Shown here: positions 1 to 11,899 of the stretch, piece by piece
Layout: each line of letters opens with the position of its first letter
How positions within the stretch are numbered: position 1 is the stretch's first letter
NCBI RefSeq assembly: GCF_018350175.1
Contig: NC_058369.1
Coordinates: 23,560,001 to 23,624,000, forward strand
Direction: 5' to 3'
Origin: Felis catus
Taxonomy: Eukaryota
Length of the DNA: 64,000 bases
Notes under the pieces: model-generated
The model's database searches: none
Seen by the model: only the letters and a program-made list of their open reading frames with translations
What the model was told of the DNA's origin: nothing
Position numbers and translations under genes: made by a program

Positions 1-19
1 AAAAAAACTGAATGGGGAA

Positions 20-240
20 GGGGCACCTGGGTGGCTCGGTCCGTTAAGTGTTTGACTTTGGCTGAGGTCATGATCTCACAGTTCATGAGTTCAAGCCTTG
101 CATCAGGCTCTGTACTGACAGCTCAGAGCCTGGAGCCTGCTTCGGATTCTGTCTCCCTCTCTCTCTCTCTGCCCTTCCCCTGCTCACACTCTGTCTCTGT
201 CTCTCTCTCTCTGAAAAATAAATAAACATTAAAAAAAATT
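20..240 (+). mobile_element. Can-SINE (feliform SINEC)
   Basis: GGGGCACCTGGGTGGCTC tRNA-derived head, (CT)n tract, AATAAA/A tail; TGAATGGGG on both sides as a likely TSD. Confidence 0.95.
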
Positions 241-701
241 TTTTTAATGAATGGGGGACAAGAATAAAAGGAAAAGAATGAAAGAAAAGAAAGAAAGAAA
301 CACTGGCATGTTCCCTACAAGAAAATGCTGCATCCCACCCCCAGTACCCTATAGGAAAGGGCTGCAGCATGAAGAGTGAGAGAGGGCAGGCAGACAGGGG
401 AAAGAGGGAGAGAAAAGGGGTTTGTTTTAGAAGAATTTCAACTGAAAAAAAAAAAAGACAATTGTTCTGAATTCTCAAATAATTTTTAAAGCACGTGGGT
501 GAAATAAATGGCCAAAATGTGGTAAGAAAATGCAATGATATGATGAATAAGGGTTTAGCAAAATTTAGGAAAGAAATAAGGGAAAAGTAATGCTTTTATA
601 GGACATAAAACCACATGCAAAGCAAGGAGCACAATCACTGCTGCAGGAAACGGGCTTGGAAAACACATGAAATGTAGCAAATAATGAAATGTTAGAAGGA
701 A

Positions 702-873
702 GGGGATCCTGGGTGGCTCGGCGGTTAAGTGTTTTGACTCTTGATTTTGGCCCAGGTCATGATCTCACAGTTCATGGGATCCAGCCCCGAGTCCGGCTCT
801 CTGCTGACAGCTGCCGAGCCTGCTAGGATTCTCTCCCTCTCTCAAAATAAATAAATATACTGAAAAATAAAAA
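702..873 (+). mobile_element. Can-SINE (older, short subfamily)
   Basis: GGGGATCCTGGGTGGCTC...GGTCATGATCTCACAGTTC, short CT tract, AAATAAATAAA tail. Confidence 0.9.
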
Positions 874-1284
874 GACTGGAAATGTTAATAGCCAGATTTT
901 TAAAAAGATGTTAAAAAGGAAGAATGGTAGCTATACAGGGAAAGGCAATACACGTACACATATATATTCTGCACATTAAATACATATTATAATAATTTAA
1001 TATATTATATACTTTATACACAAAAAATGAATAATAGGTGATGGTTTTTATTAGAATAAAACAAATATTCGTGTGAGGAAGACCTGTGTATGTACGGAGA
1101 TGGCTGACAGATCCTAGGAAAAACTGATATATATCAAACAATGTTGAGAAAAAAAGTTCAGTAAAATTACTGTACTTAAATGATCAAGAAAATTGTACAA
1201 GCATCTATGCAGAATAGGCAAGTCACTCAAGAAATGAAAAGAGACCAGGTAGGTGTCTCAGAGAATTAGATACCAGGAAAGGAT

Positions 1285-1420
1285 GATAGCAGTAGGTTAA
1301 GGCTCTGTGGGCTTTGAGGCAGAAACACCTGGCTTGTCCATACGTTTGCTGGGCGACCCTGCACTCCTACCACTTACTTGAACTTTCTGGTCCTCAGTTT
1401 CCTCATTTGTACTCAAGGAT
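1285..1420 (+). mobile_element. MIR fragment
   Basis: MIR core-like CTTGAACTTTCTGGTCCTCAGTTTCCTCATTTGTA. Confidence 0.7.
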
Positions 1421-1661
1421 GTATAAGAAAATCAGCCAGTGCATATTCTTCTCAATTCAGAGAGGTCATGAAGAGACAGACCATCCGTCAAATTATAGAA
1501 GCCAAAGAAGTCACCACCGATGCATCAAAGTACACACAGTAAGAATTGCTGGAAATACAAGGAGAAACTTCAAGAAAATAAGAGGAAAGATGACTTCATA
1601 CACCTCTCTAGTCCCCCTCTGGTGGGGTCAAGTAGAAATGAAATTAAGAGGCAGAAGTGGA

Positions 1662-1877
1662 GGGGCACCTCAGTGGCTCAGTCATTAAAGTGTCCAACTT
1701 CGGCTCAAGTCATGTTCTCACAGTTCGTAAATTCAAGCTCCACGTCGGGCTCTGTGCTGACAGCTCAGAGCCTGAAGCCTGCTTCGGATTCTGTGTGTGT
1801 CTCTCTCTCTGTCCCTCTTCTACTGCTCGCTCTCTCTCTCTCTCTCTCTCAGAATAAATAAGACATTAAAAAAAAAA
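1662..1877 (+). mobile_element. Can-SINE
   Basis: Full head, CT tract and A tail; 13 bp TSD AGGCAGAAGTGGA at 1649-1661 and 1878-1890. Confidence 0.97.
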
Positions 1878-2340
1878 AGGCAGAAGTGGATTTAAATAGT
1901 GTAATCATTTAGATAAATATCCACTTTCTGTCCTACACCCAAGAATACATATTAGTAAACTCAGGCAGCATGTATAAAAATGTTCCAAATTACTTTTTTA
2001 AAAATTCCAGAAAGTAAAAAATAGTACAGGCTGCACTCTTTAATCACATGTAACAAAACACAAAATACATGAAAGAACAAAAACTGCTAACAACAAACTC
2101 CCTGTCCAACACAAAAAAAATAAAATTAAAAAAAATCTCTACAACATCTCTAACGTTAAAGAGAACATCAAAACCACAACTGCAAAACATATGGAAAGCA
2201 AAATGAGAACATTTCACCCCAAATTCTGAGGGAAATAGCAAAAACGAGTAAGGTAAAGGTCCTTCCTCACACACAGTCGTTATTAGAACAAAACTGTAGA
2301 AACAGCAAGATGAGCATTTCCTCAAAAGTAGAACACACTG

Positions 2341-2552
2341 GGGGGCGCCTGGGGGGCTCAGTCGGTTGAGTGTCTGACTTCAGCTCAGGTGATGATGTCT
2401 CAGTCTGTGGGTTCAAGCCCCACACCGGGCTCTGTGCTGACAGCTCAGAGCCTGGAGCTGCTTCATATTCTGTGTCCCTTCTCTCTCTGCCCCTTCCCCA
2501 CTCACACTCTGTCTCTGTCTCAAAAATAAACAAACATTAAAAAATAAAAAAA
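2341..2552 (+). mobile_element. Can-SINE (host of nested copy)
   Basis: GGGGCGCCTGGG head to A tail; residual TSD AACACACT at 2332-2339 and 2795-2802. Confidence 0.95.
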
Positions 2553-2779
2553 GGAGCGCCTGGGTGGCGCAGTCGGTTAAGCGTCCGACTTCAGCCAGGT
2601 CATGATCTCGCGGTCCGTGAGTTCGAGCCCCGCGTCGGGCTCTGGGCTGATGGCTCAGAGCCTGGAGCCTGTTTCCGATTCTGTGTCTCCCTCTCTCTCT
2701 GCCCCTCCCCTGTTCATGCTCTGTCTCTCTCTGTCCAAAAATAAATAAACGTTGAAAAAAAAAATTAAAAAAAAAAAAA
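2553..2779 (+). mobile_element. Young felid SINEC_Fc-type Can-SINE inserted in the tail of the preceding SINE
   Basis: GGCGCAGTCGGTTAAGCGTCCGACTTCAGCCAGGTC diagnostic head, many intact CpGs, long A tail. Confidence 0.95.
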
Positions 2780-3479
2780 TATATATATATATATAACACA
2801 CTACAAAAATAACTAAGGAAGCACAGGGAGGGATCCATAAAGATAAAATAGGATTGGTATAGTAGAAAATGCAAGAAGTGATCCTTGGAAAGCCCAGGAA
2901 AACAGATAAACCAGCGCATAGTCTAATCAATGATCAAAAGAGGGACAGGCCGCTCAATACTCAAACCAGGAATGGGAGAAAAAAGAAATAACAAATTTAA
3001 ACTACTAAGAAGCAATGAGGACGTGAAAAGATGTTCGCGCTTACAAATTATCACATGAATACAAATCAAACTAACATTGATGTAACATTTTTAGCCATGA
3101 GCTAGGCAAAGACATGTCACTATCCAGTTTAGGGGAGAATGGGGGACAACGAGACCATTTTTTAACTTGGTGAGGGTGAAAATCCACGCACATCATCTGG
3201 AGGATGGTTTGGTAATATGTACCAGACTTCTGAATGTGTGTAACCTTTGACTAAATACCTTTACTCACAGGAATATGTTTTAAGAAGATAGCCAGACACA
3301 CACATGCCCACGTGGGGCACAAAGAGCAAAACTTACTATTTAATATCCGATAAAACAGGTGCCTTTAAAAAATTATGTTGTAGATCTGCATTTCTTGACT
3401 TGGAAACATATCTACGACATGTGAGGCAAAAAAAAAAAAAAAAAGCAGCAGCAGCATGTAAATGTGAAATTACAAATTC

Positions 3480-3590
3480 AAAAATAAGTACTTCGAATAC
3501 CTGCTCTGTGCCAGATATCCCGCCAGGCATGGTGCGGAGCACCAGGAAACAAGACGGAGAAAGCTCCTGCCCTCATCGACACTGGAATAA
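3480..3590 (-). mobile_element. L2 3' end fragment
   Basis: AAGTACTTCGAATACCTGCTCTGTGCCAG...CCTGCCCTCAT matches the reverse of the L2 3' end. Confidence 0.65.
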
Positions 3591-4789
3591 AAGCATAAGC
3601 CCGCACTGGCCTGTAGCACATGTCTGAGGAAAATGTTCACCCTCTATGAACAGTAGTTATCTGTACTTGGTAGGATTTGGGGTAATTTCCTACTTTCTTC
3701 TTCACTTCTCTGCATTGATAGATAGTTTCAAAATGCACATATCTGGTTATTTTAATCAGGAGGATGATTTGTTTTCTGAGAGCTGTGGAAATCACTCGTG
3801 GTTGAGAGCATGGTGGACTTGGCTGTTTAAGCAGTGCTTAGAAAATAAGGGTAGAATTTGCATTCATTGAGACCGCAGTATTTCCCATTACGATCAATAT
3901 ATGATCACTGTTTACCGAATTTAAAATGAGAATACTATGACCACCCATAGGAACATACAATGACTCTCACACAAAATCTTGTGTCTGGATTTAGCAAATC
4001 CAGAAGTCTTCTCAGTCTCCCTCATCCACAGATGAATGAAAAAATCAACTGACTACAGCTCTTAGGAGGCCTTAAATAACCCGCGTTTCTCCCGGTGAGG
4101 TGAAGGAGCCAACGGCTAAAAGTCCTGTGTGGCTCCAGGTGGAGGTACATGCAGTGGTAAAACTCCACTGCAAAACCAGTCATTTCTTAGAGTTTTGTAA
4201 CCTTTTCCCATCGGGAAAAGCAGTGAAATATTTGAGAAAGAAAAGAATGCATGCTTTAAGTTCAACGTATTTTTCACGTTTGACTTTAATTTGGGGACTA
4301 CACACTCAGTATTTTGATATTGACATCTGTTTTATGTTTTGATTATTCTTAAATGTGCACTTCAGTGGATATGAACTCCTCAACTTTTGGGTGACGTCTG
4401 TCATCCGAACCACAAAACTGTCTGCGGTTTCCCCAGGAGCCCATCGTGGGAATAATGGGGTTCGTTGCCTTCCTCAGTACCACATTCATTTGTCTTCTTT
4501 ATAAGGCTGACATTAGCGTTGGAATGTCCTGCCTGCCACTGTCTTCCGGAAGCCATTTGAATCTTCTTGACCTGGGTCAGAGGTTTAGCTCAGGGCAGAA
4601 GACTGTCAGCAGCACCCATATTCTTATGTCCCTCAGAGTATCTCTGTTCTACCATTCAACCCATCTGTGTGTTAGAATACAGCTTCCCCCATTCAAGCTT
4701 AGAAATAAAAATGAGTGTGTGTCTATAGAGGGAAGAGTGCATCTCATAGGTACTTTGGCGTAAAATGTGAGAGAGGCCTGAGGATGCAA

Positions 4790-5270
4790 GTTTTGAAAAC
4801 AATGAATTGTGTGTTGATGTAAAAGCCCGAATAAAAGGAGCTTAAACAAGGTAGAAGTTTTATTTTCAATAGATACGAAATTGGAAGTTAGAGCATTTAG
4901 GCAGCTTGACAAAGTCATCAGACACGCTGTGTCATTATCCCTAAGATGGGCCCTTCTCTTCATGGTACAAGATGGCTGCTGGAGTTCTAGCCATCTTGTC
5001 AGCATCCCAGAGAGCAGAGTAGAGGAAGGAATAGAAGGAGACCTTCTCTGCCTTTTTTGGAGACCTCCCATTAATCCCACACAAACCTTCTCTCTAAATC
5101 CCAGTTTAGTTACTTGGCTCCTATAAGCTACAGGGTAAGCTAGAGGAAGCAGCGTTTTTTTTGTTTTTTGTTTTTTTAACCAGATGGTAATGAGCCAGCT
5201 AAAAATCAGGGCCCTTATTAATGAAGAGGAAAGGGAGGATGGATAGAATGTTAAGAGGCAACATGTAGGC
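4790..5270 (-). mobile_element. ERVL-MaLR solo LTR (MLT1K-like)
   Basis: GCTTAAACAAG..., CATGGTACAAGATGGCTGCTGGAGTTCTAGCCATC, and end GAGGAAAGGGAGGATGGATA...AGGCAAC. Confidence 0.7.
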
Positions 5271-5677
5271 ACACACCAATGCATGTAGACATAGCTTTAA
5301 TGACTTATTAAAGTTCTTCTGAGGGAAGGGGCTGTCACTACCAAGTTACCACAGGGTACCAATAAGGCAAGATCTGGAGACACAGGGAGGTCTGTAGTAG
5401 AGCTGAATTTCAAATGGAAAGATTCTGACTTTAGCTGTTGCGCCCAAGAAAGACGTGGGGAGAAGATAAGTCACCGAGAATATGGGAAGGGTCCAGAGAA
5501 CTCTGAGAGGTAGTGTGGTGAGTTTTAAAAAAGAAAAAGAAGGATACAAAGGAAAAGGGGAGGAGAGGGGAAGAAAAAATACCTCAGCGGTAAAGCAGTT
5601 AAATGGATTTGTAGAACCGGGATGGCCAATATGCAAACCCACCTCCGGCTGCCCAAACTTACTACATTCACAAATCC

Positions 5678-5691
5678 CCGCTAGAGGGTGG
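5678..5691 (+). promoter_or_regulatory. Candidate CTCF site
   Basis: CCGCTAGAGGGTGG is close to the CTCF core CCRSYAGRKGGCRS; motif match only. Confidence 0.4.
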
Positions 5692-6605
5692 GTGCTATGG
5701 GGGGAGGGGTAAATCTAGAAAAAAGCCTAGAAACGCCCCTCAGCCAGGTCAGCACACTCCACAGGGGACGGCGTGCATGAGACAATGTTAAGTAGAAGCA
5801 GCAGTTTTGAGACAAACGTGGATAGAGAACAAGAGCCCCGCCCCCCTGCCCCATGGTCACAAACATCCCCGGGGGCTCAGGGGAACAGATGTACCACGAG
5901 TCATGAGGTGGGATTTTGAGCCAATTCTCTCCAGAGCTTAAAGGGCATTTCCATGTGGGTTAAGTTGCCATTAAACGTCGGCTTTTCTCTCCTGTCAATC
6001 TCCCCAAGTACACGTGAAGAGGATGGGGAAATGTTTATTTGAGCTTTAATAAAACATGAGCTTTATAATGAAGAAAAACAAAGTTAAATGCCGTACAGCT
6101 GGTTAGTGGTTCAACCAGAACCAGAACCCGTGCTTTGTATGGCCTCCTTTATTTAGGAGGGAAATATGTGTCATTATCTAATTAACCAGAGAGATTCTGG
6201 AGTGATGTGCTCGAATGCATGAGTGAGTCTAGGCTTGGCAGAAAGAGGGCCCTGATCAATTAGTCATGTCTGCTGTGTGCTCTGGATGTGGGGCGTGACC
6301 TGCCATGCCGCACATCCATTGTCCTCCTTAGACCATGATGACACTCTAATTGCTGGGATTTACAGCGATGCCATTAGGTGTAATAGATGTAATAGGCCAT
6401 GTGTGTTCAGACTTGCCAGGAAGAAGAATCTTAACATCGTGTTTTTTCTGAAGTCCTGTCTAAAGTGGGGCAGAAGATCAAAAAGACAAACTCTACGACT
6501 TACAGATACTCTCGTTTCTCCAGTTCAACCTACTGTGATGCTTCAACTTCTTCTATAACATTCTATTAAAAGTTCAGCCTTTCTTGGCATTCCTCATGGA
6601 GCCGG

Positions 6606-6830
6606 AATAATAATAAACGTGGCAATAGCAAATAGCATGGGCAAAGCTTCTAGTAGGTGCTGCGTGTTATGCTAAACACTTCACAGAGCGCTGTCTTATC
6701 TAATTCCCTCAGCGATGTAGGAGACTCATGCTCCCATTATCCTCATTTTCTAGATGAGAAAACTGACAGCAAAGGTTAGGATCCTGCCCCAGTTCTGACA
6801 GCTGGTTTGTGTTGAGCCTGTTGATTCCAA
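6606..6830 (-). mobile_element. MIR
   Basis: ATTATCCTCATTTTCTAGATGAGAAAACTGA core in reverse orientation. Confidence 0.8.
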
Positions 6831-7444
6831 TTCTAGGGGTAACCTGCATCTCGCTGCCTCTAGGAATGACCGTGGGGAGAACAAGCAGAGCCCCACCAAT
6901 TCACGGGAACAAGGAAAGATTTCCATTCCACATCTGAGTCCTTCCCAGGACCATGGTGGACTCCTATCCATAGAGGCAGCTGGGAGGGTAGTGAAATGTT
7001 CATTCTCAGGCATCCTATTGACTTGGTTCCTATTCAGAAGGGATTCTCATTAGTGAAATCTGGAAGAACAAATATTTTTCTGAAAACATTTCCCCTTCCA
7101 CAGCACTCCAAGAAAGCGACCAAATGTCTTCAGGCTAGGATTAAATTGTAGTAACTAAGGCTTCTAAACAGACAATCACTGTACTTTCTCCCTGAGGGAC
7201 AAATTAAGAATTTATTGATGCTTTCCCTCATTAGGGTTTCAGTCAATGGAACACAATTTTGTCACTAATATTCTGGTGGGAATTTTCCAGAGTGATTAAT
7301 GAAGACGAATCCACGGGCCCTGATCAATGGTAGCTGACTGCTCTCAGGCCGGGAGAGGCACGAAGTCTTGGGGTGCATTTCTCATCTCCTCTAGACACAA
7401 CAGTGTGGGGGGGATAGAGTGCCTGTCATCCATCCCTACCACTA

Positions 7445-7680
7445 TGCACTCACTCATCCGTGCCGTCTCCCTCACCCCTAATATTAAAGAGTGCACACAA
7501 TGTGCCAAGCCCTGTTTTAGGCACCAAGGGAGATAGCAATGGATAAGTCATACAAGGCTCCTGCCCCACCCCCACCCACAGACTTCAGAGGTTCATTATA
7601 GGAGATGGACAGACAATACACAATGACCAACATCACGAAAAAGAACTTCAGATGGTGCAATGTCCATGAAGACGTAAGAA
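7445..7680 (-). mobile_element. L2 3' fragment
   Basis: ATGTGCCAAGCCCTGTTTTAGGCACC...GGCTCCTGCCC. Confidence 0.7.
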
Positions 7681-8512
7681 GTGACTCTCAGAGGAGCTCC
7701 AAGTGCCTCTACACCAATCTGTACCCCCAACTAGAACATTCCTTAAAATAAACGCCAATAAGGCCACGCAAAGCCCATGAGTTGTAAAGAGACAAGACCA
7801 TCTTCCCTTAAAAGTGGGTAGCATGCTGCAGGCTTCATTATCCATGGTTTCACACTGTCCCTCTTCCACCCCTGATCCTAAAGGAAGCAAGCTTCCATCT
7901 GGCCTGGCATTTTTAAAAAATGATGCAGTCATGAAATGAGAAGACAAAAAATAATAAACTCCAGAGCCTGCCCTGAGAATAATGTTTTACCAACAGGATG
8001 TGTCATAAATATAAAATGGCAAAGAAAGATGTTCCAGGATTTGTCCTTTGTCCTTTGCTAGCCAGACAGATAATGAGTTACCATCAGGGAATTTTTTTTT
8101 CTCATTTAAACATGAGCTACATATAACTTCCATACTTTTGTGAAAAGGGAACCTATAAATCACAAGTTATTGTTTCCTAGAAACTGGGATTATATAAGGG
8201 AGAGCCAAACAAAACCCTTTGTTTCATGAGCTTGCAACTTTTTAATTAAATACCACTTTAAACTCACACATGCATAAGCCAAATGTTCTCAATCCATTCC
8301 GCCTTCAAGCCCGGTGTCCAAGCTCCGCTCTCCATCACTGTTACTATAGTAGGGGTAGGATTCTTGCGTTTATTTGTTTCTATTTTTTCCTCCGTCAATT
8401 TAGGTAAACTTAGGAACACAGAGCATAGGACAGGGATTAGTTCTTAACTTTTTTTTTTTTTTTTTGGTAGTCATCATGACCAAGGACCAGACTATACATA
8501 TAAGACTATAAA

Positions 8513-8669
8513 NNNNNNNNNNNNNNNNNNNNNNNNNNNNNNNNNNNNNNNNNNNNNNNNNNNNNNNNNNNNNNNNNNNNNNNNNNNNNNNNNNNNNNNN
8601 NNNNNNNNNNNNNNNNNNNNNNNNNNNNNNNNNNNNNNNNNNNNNNNNNNNNNNNNNNNNNNNNNNNNN
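8513..8669. other. N-run (157 nt), gap or mask
   Basis: Run of N. Confidence 1.
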
Positions 8670-9094
8670 TGTAGGGGGCATGTAAACCAAAAACACTTAA
8701 CTTGACTCCTACAGATCATTGAGGCAGAATCCGATTAGTTCTTCACCAGTGTCTCTGTTCCCTTCATCTTTGGCATACTTCTAAATTGCATTCGCCAATT
8801 TCACGTGAGGACATGTGGCTAATTCCCCACGGAATGTCAGCAGAAGGGATGTGTGTTACTTCTAGGAACGGCCCCTAAAATTTCCTGCCCTGTTGCTCAG
8901 GTTTCCTCCCCTTTCTCCTGCTGGATACATGCAAAGGATCGAGTGGAGGTCTCCAAGGCCCTGCAAGATGGTACAGCCACACACGAAGCACCTGGGTCCC
9001 CCTTCATATTGGGCTGTGACATGAGAAAGGAAGGTAGGACACCGAGGGATGAGGGTTGTTCCTAACACTTAACCAGCTCTGAATAATACATTCC

Positions 9095-9249
9095 NNNNNN
9101 NNNNNNNNNNNNNNNNNNNNNNNNNNNNNNNNNNNNNNNNNNNNNNNNNNNNNNNNNNNNNNNNNNNNNNNNNNNNNNNNNNNNNNNNNNNNNNNNNNNN
9201 NNNNNNNNNNNNNNNNNNNNNNNNNNNNNNNNNNNNNNNNNNNNNNNNN
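9095..9249. other. N-run (155 nt), gap or mask
   Basis: Run of N abutting an MLT1A-like LTR. Confidence 1.
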
Positions 9250-9334
9250 GGTCTTCCTGCCATGTCCTCACATGGCAGAGAGATGAGAGAGTTCTCTGGA
9301 ATCTCTTTTTTAAAAAAAAATTTTAATATTTATT

Positions 9335-9388
<54 letters not shown>

Positions 9389-9700
9389 CACAGGGGAGGG
9401 GCAGAGAGAAACAAAGACACAGAATCTGAAGCAGGCTCCAGGCTCTGAGCTGTCAGCACAGAGCCCAACGTGGGGCTCGAACCCACAAATCACAGGATCG
9501 TGACCTGAGCTGAAGTCTGACACTCAACTGACTGAGCCACTCAGGCACCCCTCTGAAGTCTCTTTTATAAGGACACTGACCCCATTCATGAAGCTCTGTT
9601 CTTCTGACCTAGTCACCTTCCAAAGGCACCACCTCCATCACTGTGGATTAGGATTTCACCATATGAATTTGAGGAGGGATACACACACATTCAGTCTATA
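9250..9700 (-). mobile_element. MaLR solo LTR (MLT1A-like), interrupted by a SINE
   Basis: GTCCTCACATGGCAGAG...ATAAGGACACTGACCCCATTCATGA...GGATTTCACCATATGAATTT...CATTCAGTCTATA. Confidence 0.85.
9310..9551 (-). mobile_element. Can-SINE with expanded (GA)n
   Basis: Reverse-strand SINE; degenerate TSD CTCTGGAATCTCTTTT / CTCTGAAGTCTCTTTT. Confidence 0.95.
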
Positions 9701-9945
9701 ACTCCTTTGCTCCATTGTTCCATCCATGAAGGTGACACTAACAGATACCATGTGGATAAACTCTCTCTTTTTACTATTCTCAGACATTTATGCCATGCTT
9801 CAGACACCTCTAACCTCACATTCAGAGGATATCCCAGAGATCTTATCCAAGGACTTTAAATACTAAATTTATATTTGTAGCCAGTTTGTAATCTACCCTT
9901 CACTACAATCCCTATTTGAAAAGGCCTTGAAGAATCAGTTCATCA

Positions 9946-10119
9946 GGGCATCTGGGTGGGTCAGTTGAGTGTCCAACTTCAGACCAAGTCACGATCTCAT
10001 GGTTTGTGAGTTTGAGCCCCACACAGGGCTCTCTGTTGTCAGTGTGGAGCCTGCTTCAGATCCTCTGTCCCTCTCTCTGTCATGCTCTCTCTCTCAAAAA
10101 TAAATAAACATTAAAAAAA
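9946..10119 (+). mobile_element. Can-SINE (older)
   Basis: SINE head and AATAAA/A tail; degenerate TSD GAATCAGTTCAT / GAATGAGTTTAT. Confidence 0.9.
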
Positions 10120-10166
10120 GGAATGAGTTTATGATGAGAAGTCAAGATGAAAAAAGTCTTCTAAAT

Positions 10167-10365
10167 CAGGGGTCAGCAATTTTTTTTTTCTGTAAAGGCT
10201 ACAGAGTAAACATTTTAGGCTGTGAGGGTTTCTTTTGCAGCTAGTTAGTACCATCACGGCAGTACAAAGGTGGTTTAGATGCACCCAAATGAATAGGCGA
10301 GGCTATGTTTCCATCAGCTGTAATTTACAAAAACGGGTAGATTTGCCCCCACGGGCTGACCCTTG
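10167..10365 (+). mobile_element. MER58A (hAT-Charlie MITE)
   Basis: TIRs CAGGGGTCAGC / GCTGACCCTTG; 8 bp TSD TTCTAAAT (10159-10166) and CTCTAAAT (10366-10373). Confidence 0.85.
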
Positions 10366-10624
10366 CTCTAAATCATTCCTACGTTTTCACTAAATATGAT
10401 AGAGGCCACATGTAAATTCCAGTATCAATTTCAATTCTTGTGTCATTGGTTTATATTTGTTTGTTTGTTTTAAACACCACCCCCTGAGTAGTATCAGCTA
10501 AGACAAATACAGCTGTAAACACTAACTTTCTCTGCCCCAGCACTGTACTCACTGTGTTTGGCACAAGGTAAAATGCAATAAGTTCTAGTTCTCTTCTACT
10601 TTCCATAAAGTTTGCCCTGAAAGG

Positions 10625-10840
10625 TCAGATTTGAAGTCAAATCTGAATAGAAGTCCCATTTGTTAGTCTACACCTTTGGTCAAATCACTTTCTTTTTGTA
10701 AGCCTTGCCCTCCAAATCTGTAAAATGAGAAAATTAATATATTACTTGCAGGATATTTTGGAGAGGGAACCAAATAGAATCAGGTATATATTTTGTGAAA
10801 TGTAAAGCCCAGTACAGAGGTAAGAGCCTATTATTATAAG
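10625..10840 (+). mobile_element. MIR
   Basis: GGTCAAATCACTT...ATCTGTAAAATGAG core and MIR tail. Confidence 0.7.
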
Positions 10841-11589
10841 CTGCCTCTCCCTTCCTGGATTCTGGATTGACTTTCTTCCCACTTGAAATGTGATTTTTTT
10901 TTCCTGACAAATCCCAAGGAGGTCCACTAAATCCCCATTTAGCCTAGGCCAGGAGGCTGTTGGGGTGGGGGGGGGGGCAGGGGGGAGGGGGGAGGACAGA
11001 CCGGCTCCACCTGTGTCCTGATTGACTGTCAGAAACCTGAGCCTCCTTTATAGGGACTAACTGCATCCAGAGAACACAGCTCCAGCTGCCAAAAAGGGTT
11101 GCTGTTTTAAAGAGATAAAATGCACTAAAGATCTTTTTGTAATGGGCGTTCTCAGTATGGTTTGACCAGCCAATGACACAAGGCACTTGGCCTTGGACCC
11201 AATGATATTTGAAATGAGCTCTGGAATTGAGATCCTATTCCTATCAAAAGAGTGTTACCCTTAGTAGTCCGCAGCTAAGACCTTCCAAGTGCAAAAATCA
11301 AGACTACTTTTAGTCAAGTATTAAAGTGGTGAAAAAGATTTGTGGAGAGAGTATTTATCCCATTGTTGCAAATTTTCATGTCTGCCCCATTTAACTGGGA
11401 GTTGCCACGTGTATCAAACTCCAGACTCTAGAGGAAGTCTGAGTCTTCCCAGCCACGGGCATCTGCACACCATCTAAGAATAGTGCACATAACCACTCTC
11501 AAAGAAACAGAATGCTTTTTGGCTCCATCGATGGTGCCTGCATTAAACCTTGAAGGAAAAAAAAAAACTTGAAGGAAATCGTTGTAATT

Positions 11590-11685
11590 GGTTCTTGCTA
11601 CCTAGTCATTCGATATGTCCTGACAACGTCTAGAACAGTGCCTGGCAAGAGAAGGGCTTCAACACAGATTTGTCAACAGAACGAG
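11590..11685 (+). mobile_element. L2 3' terminus
   Basis: CTAGAACAGTGCCTGGCAAGAGAAGGGCTTCAACA. Confidence 0.7.
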
Positions 11686-11899
11686 CCCTATAAACTGGGC
11701 AGTGTCCTGTATCTGATAAGGTAAAGATGACAAATATCCAACTCGGCCATACTCCACCTGTGCTCACCACAGACATCAATAATCACTCAGAATGGCTTTT
11801 TCCTGATGAACCAAAACAGAGCAACAGTAACATCTTGACCAGGGCGGCTCTTCTGCAGCCTGCATAGTCATGACTCTAGGATAATGGGCCCTCTGTTGG

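Larger units (their letters stand above)
400..3770 (+). mobile_element. Highly decayed ancient L1 (L1ME-like), fragmented by younger insertions
   Basis: A-rich sense strand. Pieces resemble ORF1 end (~1150-1600), ORF2 endonuclease region (~1890-2300), ORF2 3' end (~3050-3330) and L1ME 3' UTR (~3625-3765), in colinear order. Confidence 0.6.

Noticed and set aside
2553-2640. tRNA genes
   Set aside because: The A/B-box-like heads belong to tRNA-derived Can-SINEs, each followed by a CT tract and A tail
5748-5775. Split REST/RE1 site GTCAGCACA-9nt-GGACGGCGTG
   Set aside because: Mismatches in both half-sites and a non-canonical spacer; too weak
7136-7148. Third copy of TAGGATTAAATTG matching 17564-17576
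   Set aside because: Repeated AT-rich 13-mers are expected by chance in 64 kb
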